A stretch of 62,604 nucleotides of DNA, filler included, from Vannella sp. (taxonomy: Eukaryota): assembly GCA_023345925.1 (NCBI GenBank). It is 7 parts of 7 records of this genome, joined end to end, with 100 filler letters (N's around TTAATTAATTAA, not from the genome) between each part and the next. Parts side by side here need not be neighbours in the genome. Positions count along the whole stretch, not along the records: positions 1 to 17,143 come from JAJQQN010000397.1; positions 17,244 to 26,545 come from JAJQQN010000258.1; 5 more parts are not named here. One strand, 5' to 3'. Position numbers and translations under genes: made by a program. A model generated the notes under the pieces. The model saw nothing but the letters and a program-made list of their open reading frames with translations. It ran no database searches and was not told the origin of the DNA. Shown piece by piece: positions 11,577-21,800 of this stretch. How positions within the stretch are numbered: the first letter of the stretch is position 1; every line of letters starts with the position of its first letter.

Positions 11577-12179
11577 ATGGCACTGAGTGCAATAGCGCCT
11601 GAGTTTGCGAGAGCCCTGCGAGAGCTTGATGAGAGAGCGCAGAGGACTTCTACATTCGTAAGAAAGATCCAAGACCTTCGTACAGTGAGCCAGGGAGACT
11701 TTGTGCGTTGTTTGGAACCGATTCTGGCCAAAGATGTACCAAGAGCGCCTCACACCCGCTGGAATCTTGCTAGACGCTCTCCAAACATACCTTGGGGTAC
11801 CGAAATGCGAGTAACCATTGGCAAACTAGTCCTTCGCAGCTGCTCTCCCGAAGATCAGTCTGACTTTGAGGTCCAGCGAGTGTGGGTCTACTCTGTCACA
11901 GCTCTCAATACCAATTCATCGAACATTCATTTCTTGTGGTGCGAGATTGGCTCTAACGCCAGGTTCTCCTTGAATCAATGTGGGCTCCCTCCTCTTCCCA
12001 ATCGTCATTTGCCACCGCAAACCTGTCCCTTTCAAGATATGCCAACAGGGATAGAGCTACTCCTTCCCATAGGGGGCTCAGACATTGATTCTGAAAGCTC
12101 AGTCGATCACAAAGAGGACGGTTCCTTGTCACCCTCATTCCTGGAACAGCTTGGCCTTCCCCCTGACTACGAAATATGA
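11577..12179 (+). CDS. Hypothetical protein (200 aa, intronless)
   Basis: ATG-initiated ORF after an AT-rich intergenic region; no family recognised. Confidence 0.5.
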   Translation: MALSAIAPEFARALRELDERAQRTSTFVRKIQDLRTVSQGDFVRCLEPILAKDVPRAPHTRWNLARRSPNIPWGTEMRVTIGKLVLRSCSPEDQSDFEVQRVWVYSVTALNTNSSNIHFLWCEIGSNARFSLNQCGLPPLPNRHLPPQTCPFQDMPTGIELLLPIGGSDIDSESSVDHKEDGSLSPSFLEQLGLPPDYEI

Positions 12180-12245
12180 ATAGATTCATATTATGAAGAG
12201 GTTGCCTGTGTTCAGAGCGAGACCTTGAAAGGGTGGATGCGTTGG

Positions 12246-14159
12246 TTATGGTCGTGGAATTGATGTTGACGTGTTCGCTTGACCTTTGTAAACTCGCGCA
12301 GCAGTGATAAGACCGACAAATGGTGGAGATGGGCGGAAGGGGCGTGTCTTCATCTCTGGGTGGAACTGCGTACCAACGTAATAAGGGTGGTTGGGAAGTT
12401 CAAAGATCTCCATCCGGGAGCCGCTCTCATCTTTTGCGACAAAGCGTAAGCCTCTTTCCTCAATCTGAGACACTCTGGAAGGATTAACTTCGTATCGATG
12501 GCGATGGCGCTCTTCAATGACTTGCTGGTTACCGTAAAGTTGCTTCATGTGACTCTCTCCCTCCTCGAACACAGCGTTTCGCAGCCCTTTACATGACCGA
12601 CAATCAATCTTCCACTGTAAAAGATAGTAATACACTCACCTAAGCGCATGGTACCGCCCAACTGGGTCAAACTCCCTTCAGGCATGAAGATAATGACATT
12701 GTTAGGAGTCTCAAGGTCGATCTCTTCCGTGTTCGCATCTTCCCAGCCGACCACATTGCGGCAATACTCGATTACTCCCACTTGGAAGCCAAGGCAAATA
12801 CCTAGGAAAGGCACTCGATTCTCTCGAGCATAAGTGCAGCTCTTGACCATCCCTTCAACCCCACGTCCGCCAAATCCTCCCGGAACGAGAACGCAATGAG
12901 CGCGTTTGAGGTCGTTCCATGCGTTCTCGAACTTTTCGGGATCGGCATCATCTTGCAGATGCGTGGAATCAATCCAAATGACTTTTGTCTTGCAATGAAG
13001 TGCAAGCGAGGTGTGCGTTATGGACTTGGTAATAGACAAATAAGAGTCCGACAGTCCAGTGTACTTTCCTACCATGGCAATGAGCACTGCCTCCTCTTCT
13101 GGAGCTGTTAGGAGTTGATCCATACGCGTAGCCAAGTCAATCCAAGCGGACATTCTCTCCTCAATGTCATCTGGACAAGGAAGATCCAAAAGCCGGAGGA
13201 TCTTCTGAGGGTGGCGCTGTTTCATGAGGAGGAGAGGCACTTTGTAGATGTTGCTGAGATTGTGAATACCCACGACGTGGTCAGGACGCACGTGACAGAA
13301 CTGAGCGATCTTATCCGTCACTCCTTCTTCCATCTCGAGCTCACTTCGGCAAAGAATCATATCAGGGGAGAGTCCCAAGGAGCGCAGCTGTCGCACACTA
13401 CTTTGAGTAGGTTTGGTCTTCTGTTCTCCACCAGAGCTAACCACAGGAACGAGGCTAACGTGAATTAAGGCCAAGTCACTTTTGTCCATTCCGAGCTGGA
13501 ACTGTCTTAGAGCCTCAACGAAGGGCATCGACTCAATGTCTCCAATCTACAAGAGTGTCGTGAGTATGCTTTCCACCACGCGCGTCACTCAAGCGTACAG
13601 TGCCTCCCAGTTCGATCACACAAACGTCCGGAGACTCTCCCGTTGCCTCGTTAGGGCGCGTAGCAACGTCTTTGAGCCAGTCCTGTCCCACTATGAGTAA
13701 ACAAGGAACGTCTCAAAGGGAGATAAGAGGGACACACCTGGATAGCGTCGCAAATATGCGGGACCACTTGAACTGTTCGACCGAGATACTTCCCAGCGCG
13801 CTCGCTCTCGATTACTTTGCTGTAGATCTTTCCAGTAGTGATGTTGTTGTCCTTGCCAAGCTCAATATCCAAGAAGCGCTCGTAGTTACCGAGGTCAAGG
13901 TCCGCCTTCTTGTGATTAACATCCAAATCTTGCGCAGAAACGCCATAAGGAGACGTACTTCACCTCCGTCATTCAGTATGAACACTTCACCATGCTCAAA
14001 AGGACTCATCGTGCCCGCATCGATGTTCAAATAAGGATCCACCTTCACCGCAGTCACTTTGAAGCCCAACTGCCGCAACAACAGGCCAGTACTCGACGCA
14101 AGAACACCTTTCCCGATGCCACTGACCACACCACCAGTGATTAAGATGTACTTCACCAT
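12246..14159 (-). CDS. CTPS: CTP synthase (spliced)
   Basis: [49 protein letters not shown] and QFHPE motifs; four GT-AG introns. Confidence 0.97.
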
Positions 14160-14189
14160 CAAGAAAGCCCAGAATGACCGTTCTCCGTC

Positions 14190-14221
14190 TTGGCGGGAAA
14201 AACAACACACTTTCCCGCCAA
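14190..14221. promoter_or_regulatory. Inverted pair of E2F-like sites in the CTPS / Cfr-like divergent promoter
   Basis: TTGGCGGGAAA (14190-14200) and TTTCCCGCCAA (14211-14221) form a perfect 11-bp inverted repeat matching the TTTSSCGC consensus. Confidence 0.55.
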
Positions 14222-14289
14222 TTTCTTAATACCATCCTTGGAGGATGTAAGAAGAGTGGCACCTTTAATTTATGTTTGCATTTCATTTA

Positions 14290-15507
14290 ATGTGGGCGGG
14301 GTCGGCTTCGGCGCGGTTGGTGGCGTACAAAGAGTTTGTTGGGCGCTCTGGGTTGCCTTCCTTTCGCTTTACGCAGTTGGTAGGCAATATGGAGAGAGAT
14401 GCAATGCTGCTGGTTCTAACAGGGACCGGCAGATCGACTCGATCTTCAAGCAGAAGAAAGGGCGCTTTGAAGACATGAACGTTCTTCCTTTGCCTCTTCG
14501 GGAGAGCTTGGCGAAGGAGTTCGGGCATGAGGTTCTCTTCCTTTCATTGTCCTCTCTAGACAGTGCCCGGCAAGTGGACAAGGCGCTCTTCCACATCAAG
14601 AGTGGGCACAACATTGAGTCGGTCCTCATGAAGTTCCACTCCGGCAGCCAGTCCCTGTGCATCAGCTCCCAATCAGGGTGTGCCTTGGCCTGTTCTTTCT
14701 GTGCAACAGGGGCCGTTGGGTACAAGAGGAACTTATCTTCAGATGAGATTGTCGATCAGGTCCTCTTCTTCTTACTGAGAGACGAAGTAGTTGACAACAT
14801 CACTTTTATGGGGATGGGAGAACCCTTGCAGAACCCTAATACCTTCAAAGTGAGCCCCGGAAAGCGGTATCTCTTGGAAGAGCGACTAAATGGGGTTCCT
14901 TTAGGCATTGGATCTCCTGACGGACTCCAAGCTCTTCAACATGTCTCCAAGAAGGATCAGTCTCTCTACTGTTGGCATTATCCCCGGGATCCAGCGCCTG
15001 ACAAAGGATTACCCGCAAGTGAACCTCGCATTCTCTCTGCATTCTCCTTTTGAAGAGGAAAGGAACCGTCTAGTACCTATCAACAAGACCCATCCCTTTC
15101 CACAAGTACTAGAAACGCTGGATGAACACATCCGCGTGACCGGGAGGAAGATCTTTGTGGCCTATTTGGTTTTGGACGGGCACAATGATTCGGAGGCTCA
15201 TGCCAAAGCAGTGGCTGAACTGCTCACAGCCAAGCGACCAAAGGATGTGAGGCACTTGTACCACGTGAACTTGCTGCGGATGAACCCTATCACATTGGGG
15301 GAAGGCCAAATGTTCACCAAAACGGAAGATGCCAATATTAACCGCTTTCACGATGACTTGGTCCGCTTCGGCATCAAGAGCATCACAATTCGCCACCCTT
15401 TTGGAGTGGAAATGGACGCTGCTTGTGGCCAACTGTTCGCCAATTACGAGGCCAAGAAAGTCAGAAAGTTCACCAAAGAGACCATTGGCGACTCCCTCGC
15501 CCCCTAA
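14290..15507 (+). CDS. Class A radical-SAM rRNA methyltransferase, Cfr-like branch of the RlmN/Cfr family (2 introns)
   Basis: CISSQSGCALACSFCATG (CxxxCxxC plus upstream Cys), MGMGE, FSLHSP, YHVNLLRMNP and DAACGQLFANY; GT-AG introns 14380-14432 and 14850-14904 restore one frame. Confidence 0.9.
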
Positions 15508-15728
15508 AGCACTCTTCGTTCCACCCAGCTCCTTTAGACCTGTACACAAGATCAAAGTGGATCCGTACTGAGAGAGAGTCCGAGTCCGAAGCAGATTGGA
15601 CAGATTGTGAGGAACCGAAGAAAGTGAGTTGCTGTGAATGTTCTCTGATTCTTCTCCAATCCGTCCATGATCGACAATGAGTAGCTTTGGGTACCTCGGC
15701 TGCATCAGATGACCGGACTTTTCAGACA

Positions 15729-15812
15729 CAGATCGGCAGGATCTCTTTTTTATTTCTTCAGATCGGCAGGGACCTCACTTTCCCCAGATCGGCAGATCGG
15801 ACTCTGGATCGG
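15729..15812. repeat. Cluster of short direct repeats CAGATCGG(CAG) just 3' of the tyrosine recombinase
   Basis: CAGATCGGCAG at 15729, 15759 and 15785; CAGATCGG at 15793; GATCGG at 15807. Confidence 0.75.
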
Positions 15813-15818
15813 TGGTGA

Positions 15819-16928
15819 TCAGTTGAAAGTGCAGTTGTTGAAGGTGCAATTGTTGTAGGTGACGTTGCTGAAGGAACCAGACATGAGTTTAGCTGCAGCG
15901 ACATCCATTGGTCCCACCTCAGCACCGTCCATTGCTGGCACCTTAGCAGGGGGTCCAGCATTCAGAGGTAGATGCTCTCTCCTTTTGCCAAGAATCAAGT
16001 TAGCTAAGTTTGCCTTGGTGGCTTTGCTCTCCACAAGATAGCCTTCAGCAGTTTGATCGTTCTTCCAGCGCCCAAATCTCTTCAGCTCCAGCAAGTCAGC
16101 ACCATTGTCAGCCAGAAGGGTGGCACCAGTACGGAGAAAGCAGTGTGAAGTGTATGATCTGGCGTTGGGGAGTCCTAGGGCACTGGCAATCTGAACGCTG
16201 GCCTTCGTTACAATTTCCATTCCGCTGTTTTGGCAAAAGAAGCCACCGCGAACGTTCCAATTCTTCAGTAGACGGCTTTCCCCCTGTTGAGATGCTGGTG
16301 CACGTACCTGCGACAAATAAAGATCAAGATAGCTTGCAGGACAGAAGGATTCGCCAGTGCGGCGAATCAGAAACCATGCCGACTCCTCGGAGGCCTTGCG
16401 ACTCTTGGCAGGGTTGAAGCGGACATGATAGCCTTCTTCACACTTCTCAACATCTTCCAAGAGAATGTGAAAGATCTCCGAGGCTGCTCGAAGAGCTCCA
16501 AAGACACCGAGGATCAGAATAACCTTCAGCCGGAGGTTGCCTTGCTCTGATGGAGTGTTGAGCAAGAATGATCGAACATTATCACTGGTGAAGACGAATG
16601 CCTTCTTGGTGCTCTTGAGATGGTCGGCCTCTTGTTTCTTCAAGTAGCAAGTGATATCCGGGGCGTAGGTGTTGAGGTCGATGTTGTAACGAGTCTTACT
16701 CACGGTATTGATCATAGAATACTTGCTCCAGAGGATGCTCGGTGCGTATTGGCCAGATAGGGACGCGAAATACAGCAGGTAAAGGTCACGGGATGGAGGA
16801 TTGGTCTCAGATGCTCCGTTGCTCTCGATAAAGCAACTGAATTCTTCAAAGGTCTTCAAATAGAGACTTCCAGTGCCCTTAGGGAGCAGGTTCCGACGGA
16901 TCTGTGCGGCTTTCTCCTCCAGAGACAT
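15819..16928 (-). CDS. Tyrosine recombinase (phage-integrase fold), Crypton-like
   Basis: GALRAASEI (first Arg), AKS (Lys), YTSHCFLRTGATLLA, KRFGRWK...AEGY (Tyr nucleophile) and a C-terminal NNCTFN tail; intronless. Confidence 0.88.
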   Translation of the reverse strand: MSLEEKAAQIRRNLLPKGTGSLYLKTFEEFSCFIESNGASETNPPSRDLYLLYFASLSGQYAPSILWSKYSMINTVSKTRYNIDLNTYAPDITCYLKKQEADHLKSTKKAFVFTSDNVRSFLLNTPSEQGNLRLKVILILGVFGALRAASEIFHILLEDVEKCEEGYHVRFNPAKSRKASEESAWFLIRRTGESFCPASYLDLYLSQVRAPASQQGESRLLKNWNVRGGFFCQNSGMEIVTKASVQIASALGLPNARSYTSHCFLRTGATLLADNGADLLELKRFGRWKNDQTAEGYLVESKATKANLANLILGKRREHLPLNAGPPAKVPAMDGAEVGPMDVAAAKLMSGSFSNVTYNNCTFNNCTFN

Positions 16929-17051
16929 CAGGAAAATGAGAGAGAAACAGAAAACGCGTTCTCCTGCAAAAGCAAAAGTATCTAGATACTTCGCTAGCCC
17001 TTAAAAACTGGATTCGAAGCCCGCTGTCATCGACGATTCGTGCCTCTGATC

Positions 17052-17141
17052 TCATTCTAGAAAATCAACCTCGTCAATGCGATAAGTCCGATTGTTGTAC
17101 CGGGTGAGCACAATCTGACCCTCGAGAAGCTCCGAGATTCG
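17052..17141 (-). pseudogene. Piwi-clade Argonaute PAZ-domain exon fragment, truncated
   Basis: Translation RISELLEGQIVLTRYNNRTYRIDEVDFLE* contains the Piwi PAZ signature (IVLTRYNNxTYRIDDIDF/W) followed at once by a stop; too short for the ORF track. Confidence 0.82.
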
Positions 17142-17143
17142 TT

Positions 17144-17243
17144 NNNNNNNNNNNNNNNNNNNNNNNNNNNNNNNNNNNNNNNNNNNNTTAATTAATTAAN
17201 NNNNNNNNNNNNNNNNNNNNNNNNNNNNNNNNNNNNNNNNNNN
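17144..17243. other. Artificial contig spacer
   Basis: 100-nt N-run/TTAATTAATTAA/N-run, with stops in all six frames. Confidence 0.98.
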
Positions 17244-17534
17244 GCTTGCAAGGACCCTTCTCACCTCAATCCTGTCCAATGAGCACAAAGAAAGGGCAGA
17301 GGAGAGAGAAGATGGATCAGCTACAAAGATTGTAGACTCTCGCATCTCGTTTACGGCTGTCTGAGCTGTGGGAGAGGTTGAGCGAAGCATGTCTTCGACC
17401 TGAGAGGGCTGAATGACCGACAAAGGAGGCACTTTCAGCCCATTCTTGACAAAAGCAGCAGTCACACACTCAGGAAGCCCCTCTATCTGTGACAAAACAA
17501 CCACCCTCGCGTGCGGCGACCTCAAGAAAGCCAT
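17244..17534 (-). CDS. 5' gene fragment, possibly a D-2-hydroxyacid dehydrogenase-like N-terminus
   Basis: ATG ORF running to a GTGAGA donor near the contig end; IFVADP motif is only weakly suggestive. Confidence 0.3.
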
Positions 17535-17611
17535 GCGCAGAATCGGAAGGTGTTAGAAAATGGTGGTATGTTGTATTCAGCGAGGCAGAGAGCTCCGTGA
17601 ATCCGTGGAAG

Positions 17612-18280
17612 CTATGAATAGAAGACATGACGAACAACTGACACGTAAGCGCTATCAGGGAAGGGCTTCTTCTGAGGGGAGGCCAAGTAGGCTGCGATGT
17701 TCGGGACTGTCATCATCCGCTGTCGAAACGCTGCAATGATAGGATATGGCTCAAGAGCGTCTACACCAAGGATGTCAACGAACCACTCCAGGTCATGGAG
17801 GAAGACTACGTCCACGAAGGACATTTGAGCCCCCAGGAAGTACGAATGAGAGGAGAGGAGTCCTTCAAACATGGGGAAGTACTTCTTAGCCTTTGCTACC
17901 ATGTTGCTACGTAGCTCTTGGCGTTGCTCCTCGTCTCTGAAGATGAAGGAGACGCCGCTGTTGCCGATCTCCGTGTCTTTGATAGCGTCCAAGATCATAT
18001 CGCAGCGGATTCGATCGTTCTCTGTGGTTCCATAAAGGTTGTACTTGCGAGCAATGTAGCGAATGATGGCTTCCGTCTGTGTAATCGCCAGTCCATCAAT
18101 CTCCACGAGGGGAACTTGTCCAAACATGAGCCGCTTTGTCTCCCGTACGTCCTTCAGGTCTTTCGCAGTCGACAAGAACGTCTCTGTGAAGACGATACCT
18201 GCTGCGCTCATCACATAACGGAGAACTTCGCCGCGTCCTCGACCATTTAAGTAGACAAGCTTAGCCTGTGGACCTTCCAT
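17612..18280 (-). CDS. Glutathione S-transferase (alpha/sigma-like)
   Basis: KLVYLNGRGRGE, LMFGQVPLVEIDG, QTEAIIRYIARKYNLYG and SFVD motifs. Confidence 0.93.
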   Translation of the reverse strand: MEGPQAKLVYLNGRGRGEVLRYVMSAAGIVFTETFLSTAKDLKDVRETKRLMFGQVPLVEIDGLAITQTEAIIRYIARKYNLYGTTENDRIRCDMILDAIKDTEIGNSGVSFIFRDEEQRQELRSNMVAKAKKYFPMFEGLLSSHSYFLGAQMSFVDVVFLHDLEWFVDILGVDALEPYPIIAAFRQRMMTVPNIAAYLASPQKKPFPDSAYVSVVRHVFYS

Positions 18281-18822
18281 CAAAAATAAGGATGCGCACA
18301 GTGGTTTGCATTCAAAAGGAAACAGCTGTTGATCATTATTGTATGATCATCATCTTGTTGCTCTTGAACCAATGTTCTGCCATCTCCTCCGATGCTCCTT
18401 CCTTTCACAACCTGGGAGAGAGCTTGGCACCACAAGTATTCAGTGCTGTAGATTAGGTAGTTCAACGATGGGCAAGGACTGCAGAGCTGCGAGCGGGGCC
18501 CTTGAGGTCATGGATCATGACTAGTGGACGTCCACAGAAGAGTACTTAGTCCACCACTGAGTTCCAGAGGCGTTCATCCTTCTCCAACTCTCCCTCTCAG
18601 CTCTGAAATCAAGACGAGTTCAACTGTTATGGGTTTCCTGTTCATCCCTCCGCGAACCCTTTGTTGTTCAGCGTCCATCATAACCCCTTTTCGTTTATTT
18701 GTTTCCCTGTGGCTTGATGCTCTCCGCTTGTTGGCGATTCGATCGACTGGGAAGGCTCATCTTCCATCATTCGTTACCGATCCCCTTGGAAGGGTCAGTC
18801 TTGGTCAGTCTTGTCATCTCCG

Positions 18823-21800
18823 ATGTGGGATGTTGGGCACCTTTGGCTGGACTATGCACGATTGAGGGAGGAGTTCAAGCGAGAAGTGGAGGTGAAGAAC
18901 CGTAAGTACATGCTTAGGACCTACAAGAACTGCTTTGTGGGGGCGAAAGCGGTTCTTTGGTTGATCAGCAGCGGCTGGGCGAGGAACTCTGCGGAAGCTG
19001 TGGAGATTGGCTGCATCCTGCAAAGAAGGTTGGTCTCAAAGCCACTTAGAAGAAGCACTAACCCAGGAGAAGGGGAGTCTTCGATCATGTAACCCAAGCG
19101 CACACGTTCAAGGACAAATACCTCTTCTACGAGTTCACGGTACGCTCCTTTACTTCAGAAGTGCCTTCAGAGGTGTATCTTACCTGCTCTGAAGGAGGCA
19201 AAGGAGTGCTTGCGGTCGCTGGGATTGCTCAAGTATCGATTCGAGGAGGTGTTGCAGATGTGAGGTCTCCGGAGAAGGGTTGATGCGATGAACTGAACAC
19301 TTCTCAGTGCTGAAAACGTCTCCTGGACCGCTACTGTTCGGGAGGTCTCAGGGGAACACTACAATCAGGTCCGCATCTTCCAAGCTTTGGAATCACTCTT
19401 TTGCCCACAGGAGGAGCTCAGACCGCTCAACCATCTTCTAAGTACTGTTGCCCAGTCTCCTCATCCTCAAATCGTTCGCCTCCTGCACTGGGAAGTGACC
19501 AACAGGGAGGCAGTCTTCGTTTATCCGGTCGCAGGAGGCCTTCCCATCTCCTTGGGGCTCTCCCGCTTCTATCGCTTTCGTCATCTGAAAGACAAGGATC
19601 CGCTTGTACTCTACAATGCCATCAGAAGGACCACAGTGCAGGTGATAGGGGCTCTTCTTCATCTTCATTCCCTCGGCATTGCGTATGGCCGATTGGTGCC
19701 GAGCAACATCCTCTTTGCAATGGACTCTGAGGACTGTTTGGATGTACAGCTGACGGGAGTGGGGTACTCTGTGGCTTCTCAGTACTTTCAAGGAGTGTAC
19801 CTGAAGGAAGGCAATGTTCTCCCTCCTGAGTCCAATCCGCTGAACACTCAATACTCTAGTGATCTTGCGGAAGGGGTTGCTGCTGTTATGGCCAAGAGCT
19901 ACCTCTTCAGACTCAAATCGAAGAGATTCGTTCCTTCCGATGATGCCTGGGGAGTTGGCACTCTTCTTTACACTTTACTTTGCGGGGAAGTTCCTTTCCC
20001 TTGGGACTTGCGGGATCGCTATGACCTCATTGCCAGCGGAGTGCTTCCCAGTGGAATCGAAAACTCTGTTGTCTCATTGGGCCTGATGACTCCGGAAGCC
20101 AAGGACTTGATCTCCCGCCTTTTGGAACGGAAAACAGAGAAAAGAATGACTCTTGAGGAGGCCAGCCAACATGCCTTCTTCAAGAGTTCAGATGATGAGG
20201 TGCTAGCGAGCGTTGAAAAGAATTGGGAAGAAATGTCTTTGGATGTTTGCCATCGCCATGAGCAGCTTTGGCCCACTTTCCATGAGTATGGCCTTCCTAC
20301 TCCTGTGACCTGTCCTGAGCCTTCCATTCTCAAAACCTGCTCTTCACTGTCTCATTTGACCTTTCCTTTCAAGAGCTTCACTAGTGAAGAAGAGAAGCGT
20401 GAGCAAGTGTTGCGGATTAGCGTTATCGGTTTGGCTCCAGCATCGCTTGGAGGCTTCATGTCGCGTGCTGCCGCGGAAATTTACACAACTGGCTCCCCGA
20501 CAGAAATTGTAGACAAGCAAGCCCTTTTTCAAGAGTCACTCTTTAACCCAGTTTGCCGAGTGGGAGTCACTGAAATCAATGAGAACGCCTCTGTTTTGAA
20601 TCCTACCTGTGACTCGTTCGCGTTTGTGGGACCTCAGGAGCTCTATTGCACTTTCTCGGATAGATTGCTCCATTTTGTACCTACTGACGAAGATTGGCTC
20701 TCTTTCCAAAGTAGTGGGATAAGTAACCCTCCTCTGTATCAGCTCATCCACGCATCTGTGCTTCTCTTTGTTGTACAAAAAGAGGAATCATTAGCGATGG
20801 AGAAAGTGGTATCGAGTTTCCAAGAGATATTCAATTCTTCCTCTGACGCGTTGCCTTTGGCCGTCCCTGTGATTATCTTGGCCGTAGGTTGGAGCGAAAT
20901 TGACCTGGAGGAGATGCAAAAGGGTTTGGACTCACCTCCCTCTCGTCGGATATTGAAAATTCTACATTTCCGAACGCTAACGGGGAATATCTCCCTTCTC
21001 AATGCGATCTCTCAGCTCATTTTTCTATCTTCCTCACGTTCCTCGATAGAAGACACTTCACAAAGCCTTTTGGTGCACAAAGGTCGGATATCACTTGACC
21101 TCCAGACACCTGGGAGATTCTCAAATGGCCAATTGGTCATTAATCTAGAGCAAGCACCGTCTCAACCATCACCTGCCTCATTCCAAAGGATTCTGAACGA
21201 ATTGACGGGAGAAGGCTCCAGAAAAGGTCGAATCTACTCTTTGTCTCTTCGTCATTGCGATTTGAATGATTCTCAGTGGAAGGGACTCTTGGAGGCGCTA
21301 CCAAAAGCTCTTTGGAGAGGTTTGGCTCACTTGCAATTCTCGGGATGTCCTCTCGGAGATCAGCGTGTATCTGAGTTGATCGATTTGATTTCCTCTTGCC
21401 CCGATTCTCTCATGTTCCTTATCCTCACTCAAGTAGGATGTGGTGTTGGAGGAGCATCAAGTATTGGCCATTATCTGAGCAAAAAGTCTTGTCTCCTCCG
21501 TGCAGTAGATCTGAGCGAAAACCTCCTCGGTAAGACAGGAGCCACAGAAGTGCTACGAGGCCTCACAGTAAACCACTCCGTTCGCTTGCTTCGGCTTTAC
21601 AACACTGGCATGACCACAACGTAAGTGACTTTGACTCTGGTTCCGGAAGGGGACTTACACTACTTCAGAGCGGGCCATGCAGTTGCCAAAATGATTCAAC
21701 TGAATTGCTCTATTCAGCAGCTGGATATTGCACATAATCAGATGGATCAGTGGGGGCTAGTCGCCATCGAGTCAGCTCTTGGGCTTAACAGCACTTTAAT

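Larger units (their letters stand above)
15729..17061 (-). mobile_element. Putative Crypton-like tyrosine-recombinase DNA transposon (boundaries approximate)
   Basis: Stand-alone recombinase ORF with no RT/gag nearby, sub-terminal repeats on one side, and an abrupt junction with Piwi coding sequence at TCTAGA 17056-17061 on the other. Confidence 0.6.

Noticed and set aside
12246..14159. Apparent frameshifts/pseudogenes in CTPS, ADH5, INTS11, TilS and others
   Set aside because: Every break examined coincides with a short intron that restores the conserved frame.
14290..15507. Cfr-like gene as bacterial contamination
   Set aside because: It has two spliceosomal introns and is contiguous with spliced eukaryotic genes.
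15508..15730. Possible continuation of Piwi on the far side of the recombinase element
   Set aside because: None of the three minus-strand frames resembles PAZ/Piwi, and no matching TCTAGA terminus was found.
17144..17243. Recurring TTAATTAATTAA palindrome within N runs (six times)
   Set aside because: Identical 100-nt linkers with six-frame stops are artificial contig joins. ORF tails reading XXX-LIN and any cross-spacer gene neighbourhoods are meaningless.
18283..18820. Short hydrophobic ORFs upstream of the DEP domain
   Set aside because: I could not build a consistent exon chain or recognise a family; left unannotated.
21622..21627. Stop codon directly followed by the next large ORF (readthrough or translational coupling?)
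   Set aside because: The TAA lies in a GTAAGT donor of a short intron ending at CTTCAG (about 21668); ordinary splicing explains it.
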